Assembly (NCBI GenBank): GCA_002633005.1
Contig: NMRA01000156.1
Coordinates: 62,001-126,000 of the forward strand
Source of the DNA: Phoronis australis
Taxonomy: Eukaryota; Animalia; Phoronida
DNA: 64,000 nucleotides
Reading direction: 5' to 3'
Shown here piece after piece: positions 11,601 through 23,600 of the stretch; within the stretch, counting starts at the first letter, position 1, and the number at the start of each line of letters is the position of its first letter. The position numbers were made by a program, and so were the translations under genes. The notes under the pieces are model-generated. The model was given only the letters and a program-made list of their open reading frames with translations, was not told the origin of the DNA and ran no database searches.

Positions 11601-14600
11601 AATAAAAATTTGACACATCAGATTGGTACCTGTAATTCACTTAGGCATCAGAATTTTCCAGTTTTAAGGGGTTTGTAATGAGAAGAGCGGTATCACCAGT
11701 TAGTGCCCGACAGTCATCTTTCAAAACAAATGACAATTTTCTCCTTCAAATTTAAACTAAATGATTATCTTCAACATACCTGTTTCAATTCATTAACTCT
11801 CTGATCAGTAGTTACACTGAAAAACAAAATCAAAATAATTAATCTCACCATTCACCTTGCAACTAAATAACCATGAAGAAATTTACTTTATTCACAGACA
11901 GAAAAATTATTTCTTATCTAGGACGGCATGGGTGAGCACTGTTCTCCTACGAAATGTATTCACCTGTTCACAAGTCCATGTCCATCCTAAAGGGGATTTG
12001 TACGTACAGCCTTGAAAATAAGTACACTGAACTAGTGACATACATCTAAATTGCCGTGACACCCTCCCCCCATTCAAATTTCGCTGTATTTTTGGGGTAG
12101 TGCACCCAAGTCAAGTCACTCCACTGTGTTACACAAAAGAGGTTGGGACATCTCAGCAAAGAGACAGTAACTGCAGTGTGTTGTCGCTTTTCTTCTGTTC
12201 TAGTTATTAATAACCGAATTTTGCCATTCAAACAACGATACATTTATCGCAATTATTTTTAAACCGGTCAGCACGCCACCTGTGGCCACATCACGTGAAC
12301 TAATGAATATCAGCGTGAAAAGATTTCTGCCCCAACCGGAACTCGAACCCAGGACATTCTGCTAACCCTGCTGACCAGCCTTAAAAACAGTGGCAATATA
12401 CATTTCCATGTTGGTTTAAAAATTAATATATATTTATATAATAATGACAAATTTAGTTTTTAAAGCACACAGGGTGTAAAATGAACAAATGTTGCCACAA
12501 ACAGGCAGTGGTTATCACTGACGCCCAGCTCTGTACCCTATTCTCCAGACAAAAAAATGGTCATAAAAAGTCCAGGTGCTACCTACAATAATCCCAAGTA
12601 GAAGCATGAATTTCATAGTTGCCTTTGGAAAATGTAATGTTGGGTGTAATGCCTAATTTGATGAAGAATTGACAAATCTTTGAGCTCAAAATCGTTGAAT
12701 TGTTTTTCAAACTCGGTGCATGTAAGCCAAACTCATCATGGAAAAATCCAAACTTGTTGCAACGACGAGTTAAGTTAGGTTGCGGAAAAGACTAATTAGC
12801 TTTCTCAAACGCTGCACTTTTGTTACGTTCAGTAAATACTGTCAAGGACCTCCAACCAATCAAACTTTCCAAAAACAAAAACTCATTCGTGGCTCTTTAC
12901 AGAATGACAAAACTACAAAACTTATTTGGAGTTATGATCATATGCAATTCACATGCACAGCAATCAACTTAAAATTGTTTCCACAGCCTCCGATTTGGAT
13001 TTACACCCACCAGGGACCACATGTGATGTAATACATGTTTTTATATTACAGTTATGAATAAACATTTTAAACTCCCTCCCTCCCTCCCCCTTCCCTCCTT
13101 CCCTCCCCCAAACTTAGCCTTAAGGCGTAACTATTGTTTTCAAGACAAACCTAGAAAGTTCAAACGAAGCCACGAGTCTTTCTCGCTCAAGCGCTTCGAC
13201 CTTTGCCTGAGCTTCATCTAATTTTTTCCTCAGCTCGTCTCGTTGTAACCTTCAGAAAAAGAACCAACAGTAGGTTCAACAAAGAACTAGACAAACCCTA
13301 TAAAGACATTCTACGTGTTAGCCAATAATGCTCAAAACAACAATTCAATTAGAACTTAGCATGAAAAGAGCAACTTATCAACTTGAAATTTCTTTCAAAA
13401 TACGATTACAGATCTAACTTTCGCATTAAAAATGATGTTAACAATTATTCCTGAAGTTGGGAAGAGCCAACTTGTTAGTTCTCAAGACCCGATTCAACAG
13501 GTTGGCTAGACAAGGGTTATTATACGCACCCAGCCTAGTCTCGAGCAATAACAAAATGTCCGATCTTCCCAATCCCAAAAATCACATCAAAACTGAGTTT
13601 ACTACGAAAATTTTGAGAACAATTTTATGACTGTTAGCAAGTGGTTCATATATAATTAAGTAAATCATGAACGGGCGTGGAAATATAAATCACAAACATT
13701 TTAAGTCCGGTCAGCCCGCCACCTAATGGCCACATCACATGACCTAATGTACATGAGTCCGAAAAGATTCCTGCCCCCGACCGGGACTCGAACCCAGGAC
13801 CGTCGGCTAACTGTGTGCAGATGCTCTAGCCACTGAGCTATCGGGACCACCAGACTTATGTTCAATGGGTCACGTGATGTGGCCAATAGGTGGCGTGCAG
13901 ACCAGTGAGTTGCAAAGTGGTCTAAATCGAAAGTTAGCTTTTATGACAGAAGGAGAGTTCATAACATCTTTAAATTGTTTAAAATCAAATACTTTTCATT
14001 TGCTGTAGGATGGAATGTTTCGGCGATAAAAACGAATAACTCTGGGAACGGAGAGCTACACAGGACCACACACAGAGTCACATCTACTGCACAGATTGGA
14101 CATATTTTTAACTACATGACAAGTGACCTTTGCATTGAACAATTACAAACTACAGGCGTTTTGCAAGTATTATTATTGTTCTTTCACCAGGTAGATGGCA
14201 GCACAAGTCAATGGTACTATGTGAAAATTGTGGACATAGAAGTCTCTTAGTCCAAGGGTACTTAAGTAAAGGACAACAATTACTTTACCTTTCTTCCAAC
14301 TCTTTTTCCTGAGATCTTGTCATGGCGTTCCCTATAATATCAACATCTGGTCATATTTAAGTTAAAAAACACCACTTAGAAGGTACAGCTGGTCCACACT
14401 CACAAGTGTGTTTCTTCCTTGAGAGCATTTTGTGTAGCTAACTCTGATATTTCATAAATAATCCGTCTGGGATGAACATCCGCAGATAGTACAACTGCAT
14501 GTACGATACTGTCAGAGAGTGGAATGCCCTTTGATACAGTTTTAAGATTTTGTCTGAACAAATTGCTTTGATAAATACCGAGAAAACTCCAGGAGTATAC

Positions 14601-17600
14601 TGTTGAGTTTTGACATGGAAACTATTTCACATCAATCGCATATCAAGACTTCACACACTGCAAACATCAGTAACATTGAGAGTTGCTCTTTAGTTTCAAC
14701 ATCTATCTTGTTCAAATTATGGTTCCCATTATTGAAAAGATGGCTTCTTCGTACCTCGTTCTTTCTCTAGATCCTGCAGCATGGCCGTTTCCTTAAGTTT
14801 GAAATTTTCAATAACTTTATTTTTGTTTTTCACAATGTTATCCACAGCAGCATTGAAGGCAACCTAAAATGTAAATCAGACAAATAAGAAGAGGAAAACA
14901 ATACAGAAAAAAGCAATGTTTCATCAGCCACTGCCCGTTTTTCAAGTTTAAGAGACACCTGGTGGTGTGAGTCAGTCTTGAGGTGAACCGTCCCATTGTG
15001 TGGTAGGTATTGTTGAAGGTTCACCACCGTATCTCTCAAGACTGACACACACCGCAGTGTCACAGAAGTTAGAAACAGCCGCTGACTGGCCGAGAAAATG
15101 GTTCAATATTTCCATCGAAATAACCAGAAGTGACAGAAATAGGCACACACAGAACTCAGCCTGTTTGCGGATTTTAGTATTGTTGAAAGCAAAAACATCC
15201 TTATAATTTAGAAATAAAAAATAATTCATCCATATTGCATCTCAAATGGGGAACAAACCTGGTGCAAATCTTTATTTCTAATGAAAATTAATTGCAGAAG
15301 CTAAAATGGCATTAATTTCAATGCATATTCCAACATTGAAAGGCACACAGACAATGTTTGTTATTTATTGTCATAGGGAATAAATTCAAAATGTGTCTGT
15401 CATAGCGAAAATCGTCAACTAAGTTTGAAACCACGATTACAATGATGACACCACAGGAAAAGATTCCATTATGTCTAACGGAGTGTGCCTGCGCATTGCG
15501 AGCGTAAATTTAAAATGAATTTGCTGCGAAATTGAATTAGAACAATGCACGTCGTGACAATCGAGTGAACACATATGTGAGCATGTATGTGAGTACCAGA
15601 GTCGCAAACTGTTTATGAAAACAAATGAAGCAAAATGGTCAGCGACGTTCAATTGTCGCTGCATTACTACCCGAGAGGTTAACTTGGGCAAGCTGCAGGG
15701 GAACGTGGATCTTAGATGTTTCAGCACACCTGTGTAAGGTGTTGTGTATACAAGTGACTCTTCACCATTAGTAGAAGTGAAATTGTATGAAAACTCTTTA
15801 GCTTAGGTCACAATACGGAAAACTAGTGAAATTTTGTTTTTTTATTTTATCATGAAAACATGAAAAGAATCCTACGTTGAAAACGTAACCGGTCGTGATT
15901 GGGCAATTCGACCGGTTTGCATACCTCAGGATCTGCCGGTGTTGATCAAAGACATTATGCTGTTATAGTTAATAACATCCCCTCAGGCTGCTGATGTTAT
16001 CCTTCTATAGATAATCAGACCCATCATACACACGCTGGGGGCTACAACAGTATTTTCAAATTTTCGTTTTGGAAGTTTGTAAATAGCATAGTTTGTGAAA
16101 TATACACGTGATTAGAGTTTTGAATTTTGAAAATTGGTCAAGAAATGTGACTTTTACAACCTAAAATGCTTGTTTAATGTCATAAAAAGTTCCTCATTAA
16201 TTCTGCTGGGTGTGCAACATAATTGGGCCAATTACCAAACCACCAGGCAGCAGTTGGATTTTGAGGTAAGCCAGGTGTCATCACACCATTCACTGTAGGC
16301 AGCAGCATACAACATTTGGAAGAGTTGTGAGCACTCACAGTAAATACCATATGTTGAAAAATACAAAACAGGTGCAACTTTGGACATTATCGTGGTCTGA
16401 AATTGGCGAGATTTTTTTCCATGCGTGTGGCTGGAGCTCGAGACATCCATCCATTTGTAGCAAGCCTAACCATTATGATTGTCACATTATGAATTCTAAA
16501 CGAGTTTGCCTGTGTTTGCCTGAACTGTGTGTGATTGCCATCAGACCCAGTGAGATTGTATGTTAGTCATTCACACATGGGAAGACTCGGGAACATCATT
16601 GGTCAATATAATGTTTCTACGCCAAGTCATATCCACCAATAACATGCCTGCTGCTCCGCAGTGATGCTGGACCGGAGTGATGATAGGCTTGCCTCTTTTT
16701 CTTTCTGTAACCTAGCAACCAAACGATCCGTCTCTTGTTTGTGTTGGTCAGTCAGACTCTGTCTCACCTGAGGGGTTAAAGGTAACAAATTGAGTACCCA
16801 CTTCAAAGTCAAAGTGAGCATTCTTGAACATGGTATAAAAATAATTGCTAAAATATCTCTTTTTCAAAGTCTACTACACTGCTACAAATGTTCAAAATTT
16901 TACGAAATGTTATTAGGTGACAGCTACGCTATACAAATCATGCTAAAAAAAGAATGAAATTTACATTAGCGTTATTTTTGTTCAGAATTTGACCAATTAC
17001 AGGACTTGATGATTAGCCTAATGTCAACATGGCAAATGCGACCTGGCACAATTCGCAGGTCACCAAACAGGAAATAAAGTCGGCAAAACAAAGAAACCGC
17101 GCATAAGTCCTGGTCCCTACAGACAATGCATAGTTGAGAACAGTTAAAAATGAAAAAAAGGTTTGTCTGAATTTAAAACTTGCGAACTCAGAAAATGTCT
17201 GCCGGAACACCCGAAATTGCCTGGTCACAAGGATAACCGGGGATCATTAGGAATATATTGCAACTCCAACCCCCTCCCCCCCGGCCCGAATACCTCCTAC
17301 CTAAGGGGGAACCAGACGATGAGGACACGCATCCTGCGTATGACCTATCAATGAGCTCTTACCGTTTTTGCTAAACAATTCCAACTCCCGTTCGTTTAAT
17401 TTATGTAGTATTGTGAGCGTGTGCTCGGATGTGTATATTGCGACTTTGGATTTTACCAAGACGCCAAACATAACCTGAGGACACATTGGCGACCTGCAGG
17501 TTGTCACATTGAGCCCCGAACTTATGTTCTACTCGTCCACCACATAACACCCTATAGTGAAGAATTTTTACCATTCATCCAATTTGTTCTTCTCAACAAA

Positions 17601-20600
17601 ATTAAAAACTGTAGAGGTCATCGACAGTGCATCCAATCTAAAAATATTGAGCAATAACTCTAACCCTCGAGGTTAATGTCCCTATTCGGTTTGGTGCTCA
17701 CCAGTGAAAGTTCCAAATTTACCCTGTAAATGCCCAAGCTTGGCTCATTGCGCACCCTCAATTTATACAATTAAAAGTTCCTTGAATTTTATTGTTAGTC
17801 TCCTTCGCAAGCTTACAGAGCAGACAATCTACCTACGCCACTCCTTGGTATGAGTGCTCCGCGATGCGCTCGCATGTAAGTTTTCACAATCCGTAAAAAG
17901 ATTACGGGATTCTTCAGCGTTTTTTAAACAATTTTTGGGATAATTATGCCAAAAGACAAAACAGTCAACAATGAAAAATAGACGGACAGAAATCGTTTCA
18001 TGTTCATCACCTAGGGCTGTCTTGACCATTAAAGTTTGACAATGAATCAAGCTGAAGTCCCTTTTGTGCTCTCGCTAGACAAAAGAGTTCCATTTCACTG
18101 AGTTTGCCAACCATCCAGTCCCAATGGAAGAATCCTCAACCACAGTCACAACCAATTCGACTGCGACTGTGTGAGTTAAATGTGATTCTAAACTGGAGGA
18201 GTATCTTTTAATTATCGGAGGGTATTTTTAGGCCTGATGGAGGAATTCGCCTGATTCTTAAATATTTTTCAAAGGAGAATGTAACTGATATTCGGTACCA
18301 AAATTGAGGCATCGAGAGCCCTGGAGAATGACGAGCTGAATGTAAAGCGGAAGTGATTCCAGGAGACGTATTAAATGACTATCAAAAATGATTTAAAATT
18401 ACAATAAAACTGAACAGGTCATTTTACAAAATGTGTAATTTCTCATTTACGAAACTCTAATTTTTCACTAATTTAGCATACGTTACGATATGGCTGACAG
18501 GTGAAATTCTAATTTTGTTAAATTCCTTCACAAAAATAACAATCAAGAAAATTTGAGCCTATTACCATGCATGGTTTGTGCTGCATAGATATTATAAAGC
18601 AACATTTTGCAAAGTTTCCATTATTTGCAATTTTGACAATTATTTTTGTGTGAAACAAGTGGAGAATTAATTATTGAAAACTCACATGCTCAACAGCTTT
18701 TTCTAATCTTTCTTCATGAGCTATGTTGATCTCGGCAATGATTTGGCCATGCTTTTCAAGAGCGATGAAGTCGTTCAAATCCACGTGAAACTCCCCACTG
18801 ATCACTTCTAGACTACCTCCGCATGGACGAGTGCCGTCAGTGGATTTCACCGCAGATAACTGGTCTCTGCCATCTTGTGGCTCCGACCGAGTTTGTGTTC
18901 CACTCGACGTCACACCGACTGTCTCCTGATACATCAAACTTGTTTGAGCAGAAGCGGACAACACAGTTATATCACACGTTTGAATATTTTTCTCATAAGT
19001 TGTAACATCCGTATCTTCGAGAGTTTCAAAGGATGGCATGCTCGTCTGAACTTCTAAAGAAAGAAGTTCAACGTCCTCAGTTTGAGTTTCTCCTTCAGAC
19101 GTTATCAATTCATTTTTGCTGTCACTGGAAGCCGAACAGGGACTTGTCTGCATATAGCTTGACATAGTGTCAGTCTTTAGCGTTTGAGTTTGATCTTCTG
19201 CTACAGGTATGACAGGAGTTTGAGACACACCTGACGAAACGCTGACACTGACTGTCTGCATGGACGCACTATCTGTATGTACGCCGACTGTTTGTAATCC
19301 CACATGGTCCCAAGCAACAGGGTTTGTTTGTGTTTCAACAGAAGCCTGCAAACGTCTGCTATTCGCTCTTTCTTCCACTAACTTCAGCTCATAACATCTG
19401 ATCGCCTCATCAATTGCCTTTTCTTTTTCCGCTTCGCATTTCTGTTGCATCTCTGTCAAAGCAGAGCGATGAGCTAGTTCCAAGTCATTTTTGACATCCT
19501 CCACATGTCTAGCATGCTTTTCCAACAATTCATGCTCCTTAATCACGTAACTATCATACGTTTCTTGTCGAAGCTGCTCCATATTCTCAGCATGCTCTTT
19601 GAGGAGTTGCGCACGTAATTCCATTGACTGTGTGTCACACTGCCCTCGCAGTTTAACTTCTAAATTCTCCATGTCACATTTGTGATCATCAGACATGCCT
19701 TTTTTCTCAGCAGCGTGGTTTGACAGGCACAGTTCCAATTCCTGTGATTTCGCCGCCAGCTGAGACCTCAGGCTATCCTGCTCTAGGCCTCTGGTCTCTA
19801 AATCTTGCGCAAAATCCATCTTAATTTTCTCTAGTTCTAACTCCTGTTCTAGTGTAAGCTTTGTTATGGCATCAGTGTGTTCTGCAGTCAATGTTGCCTT
19901 AAGTTCATCTAGCTTGGTTTCTGACTCCTCCTGGATCAACTTCAACCTAGCGTTAGTTGCTTCAAGTTGTTCATGATAAACGCCAACCTCTTTTTGAGAA
20001 TCCTTCAATTTAGCCGTAGCCACGTTCAACTTGTCCCCTAAATTTGACACCGTGCTCTCATGTTGCCGTTTAAGCTCTGTCATCTCACAATCAAAATTAC
20101 ACACTTGTTGATCCGTCACTCTCTTGATTACATCCGTAAGTCGTCCGGCAACGGTTGCAATAGTTTCCATCATATCATCGCGTTCTTTTTGAAACAGCTT
20201 CTCAACACTACGGATCTCGTGCCTCAGTTTTAAAGAGTCCTTTCCTACGACATCACCTAACATCTTAAAGCGTCCATTAACATTCTCAAGACTTTTCTGG
20301 ATTGTTGCCAGTTCCCTTTCCTTTCGTTCTAACAGTGACGACCTCTCTTGGAGCTGTCGCTGCAGTTCGGCCATCTTCTCTGCCATCTGTTTGTGCCCAT
20401 CCGAGTATGAGGACGGAAGGGACTCCTCGATGTAAAAATCTGCCGTGGTGAAGTCATTAGACTCAATCGCCACTAGCGAATCACTACGATCTCTCTCGTC
20501 AAGTGAAACCACAGGCCGTTCAGCGACCGAATAAAATCTTTGGCAATCCAGCTCGTCCTCATCCTCGTGTTCAGGAGACGCCAGCACTTCTATACTCCCC

Positions 20601-23600
20601 TCTTGTGTATCAGAAACGTAGTCAAGACTCTGCTGAAGAGTCTCGTCCATGAGGTGCACAACATTCACTTCCTTGGGCAAAGGAGATTGGCTGCGTGTCG
20701 ATTTACGGCTTTCTTCCTCTTTAGTTGCAGTTAACATATCCGCTGGACTGGGAATGATGCTAGCACCAATGTCAGTATCACTAGGCTCATACCTGTATAG
20801 CATACAAATAAGATGTTGTAAAAAGAATACTATACCCGGATTTGGCCTGTTAGCACACATTGTAAACCAATTCCCTGACACAAAATAATCTTCTTAACCC
20901 ACAAAAGTTTGGAGTAAAATTTGAAAACTCCTTTCGAACTTTGCTAGACGGGCAAGCGTGACCTATGCTATTAGTGAATTACATGGCAACTGTGGTGAAA
21001 AACCACCTACCAATAACGATGATATCCAATCTGTGAAATAGGAAGTAATAATTTTCAGTTGAATCCGGCTTTTATCTTACAAGATTGGCGCCAATGATGC
21101 ATTAGCAGGTGACAAAACAAGGATTGGTTGAAATCATAAAAACATGGTTTAGCCTCCTTCTTATGTATTACTCCTTAATAATATTTCAAAATTACCAAAA
21201 TATTGTCAAAACTGACAGATTTCGCAGAAATAAAAAGATGGAATTGTCGAGGGTTTCAGTTTAAGAAATTAAAGTGCTAAAAATGACAAATTATTAAGGT
21301 TTGCCACCTTTCACATAATTCAAAGACTATTCTAAGAATGTTGACACAAAAATGAAGAAAAGTTAATGAACTGTGTACAGATGAATAAACAAAGACAAAG
21401 AAAATGAATATCAGAAGACAGTTGACTGTAAGATGGTTAGCCAAAATATTATTGCCAAATTGACGTCTCAGCGAGAGGGTTTTTATCAATTTTTGGAAAA
21501 GCATTCCTTGATACTCTGACTGTTTCTCTTCATTCAAATTGCTGGGTGATTCCAATTCTTTTCAAAAATGTATGACACTACACATCTAAATTTTAGAAAA
21601 TTACTCCATCTACAAAGCCTATGGCTACAATCCTGCAAATGACGGAGTGTAATATTAGTTCAAAACAAAGGCAACAACTACAAACTGTATAACTGCTAGA
21701 GCTAACCACAGTGGCCCTGTCACTCCAAACACACTATCAGACTGTCCTAGCCATATTAACCTCTTGATGAAGAACACGGATGTCTGGAAGCAGGCAATTA
21801 TGGCCAAAAACACGCCTCGATTATGACACGGTCCATGTCCATGGGATTCAGACTGTACCACATTTAGTCCCGAGGACTTGCTCGTGTGACGGTCCAAAAC
21901 AAAATTCTCCAGTTTGGGACGCATTAAAAAATAATTATTTTGCTCAGGGTCGGAGCTTGTACCAAATTTTAGAAAAAGGCAAACTAGCAGTCCAAATTCA
22001 AGAATTACAATCAACTAGAGACGATCATTCATCTTGATGTTACACACTATGGGGACTCATGAAGACGTTGCGTCAGTGGCTATTTTTGACCATTTTGTCG
22101 ACTGTTAACTAGTCTATTTTCGGACTCTGTTTATACAAAAAGCGGAGTGTCTGATATTCGAGAAATATCAAGAATGCCAAAATCACCCACGTCTTAATTT
22201 TCCGAATCAAGAAAATTCCATTTTGCTATGAATTTTGGTGTCACAAAGTTTAGAGGTTGAATCAAATTCTACATAGGCATCCTACATTGAAAAAATAACA
22301 CTTTACTGAGTAAATTCTACAGTTTTTTAAGTAATTTAATCTAAATGCACAGACCTGTCATTGAGACCCCACATAACTCTGAAAACTGACAGGTTTACAT
22401 TTAAGCATGTGCATGCAAACAATGCTACTATGAACACTGACGGGTAGGTTTACATTTAAGCATGTGCATGCAAACAATGCTGCACAAATCTTTCGTAAGC
22501 ACCAACCCATGAGGACAGCCGACTTACCGAAGAACATGAGCCAGCTCTGGCGTCTGCTCCTGAAGGAAGATCATGTCTGACTCCATGATAGGTGGCAGCA
22601 TCTGATCATATTGTTGGGGGGGCTCTGTCTAAAATGACAACAGCATCAGTCCACAAATGTCCTCCTTGTAGAACAAATGAGCAACAGGTGCTTACAGGTA
22701 TACAAATCACTTGCAGGAATTTTATTTATTTTATTGTTTATTTCACTCCCTTGCACATTTTTGGACACCAAAACATGAACAAAAATATTTACCCAACACT
22801 GAACTTCAACGTTATGAAATAATAATACAATGTACATTATTGCTGTTTATAACCACGGAGATGCTTCCATAAGAAACAAATACCTCGCTTCAAATCAAGA
22901 AGTTTGAAAATTTCACTCTTTTCTGAAAAGTTTCTTCATTCGAATTTAAAGAGAACGTCATAACATAAAATATTTGTTCACAGAATCATTCCGCATTACA
23001 CACGTCAGCGTCGCACGTCCATACTTACTGCATATGCAGGAGGCAAGTCGTTGAGACCAGTGAAGAGGCTGAGGAGAAAATGGCGACCTACAATAAACAT
23101 AACAGACACTAAGAAGATTGGGCACAGAAGCTGACTGGGTCAGACCAGTTGAAAAATGTAATATCCAGAGCGTAACATAGCTCCATCGGGGGAAAGCTAC
23201 TTGGAGCACAGTTCAAATTTCATTGCAAAGGGTGCAAGTTTCAGTGTGTCAATTGTGTCAATTGGGGACACAAAATTTATTGAAGACTTTCCGATTCTGG
23301 TAACAAGGAAAAATGGGCTTTTACACCAGGCACCGACTATATTTCCTCACCAAGCTTATGTCGATCTTCAAATTATACTTGAGGGTCACACATTTTCCAG
23401 TTCAGTGAGGACTTAAGATGCATGACTTTCACAATCAAATTTAAACTCTCAGTGCAAGCGTTCATTATTACCTATCTGGTCCATGAACTGTTTCCTGCGA
23501 GCGACTTCCAACTCATGCACAGAACTAGCCTTGCCTGCCAAATGCTCTGCCCACTGAAAGCAGTAATGTTCATGCTTATTTGAACAGTTAGCTACCGCAC

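Noticed and set aside
13072-13109. C-rich tract as a functional G-quadruplex
   Set aside because: It is a simple (CCCT)n-like low-complexity tract with no other support.
13772-13847. Functional tRNA gene
   Set aside because: The anticodon arm is mispaired with a 9-nt loop and the first acceptor pair is mismatched; no isotype can be assigned.
14404-14553. Extra small RB1CC1 exons (DKILKLYQ..., ELATQNALKEETH)
   Set aside because: Splice-like signals exist, but I found no convincing phase-consistent path, and exons 15 and 16 already join in frame. Needs RNA-seq.
21655-22014. 119-aa minus ORF as an RB1CC1 exon
   Set aside because: The candidate acceptor gives a stop in the required phase, and exon 12 joins the giant exon directly.
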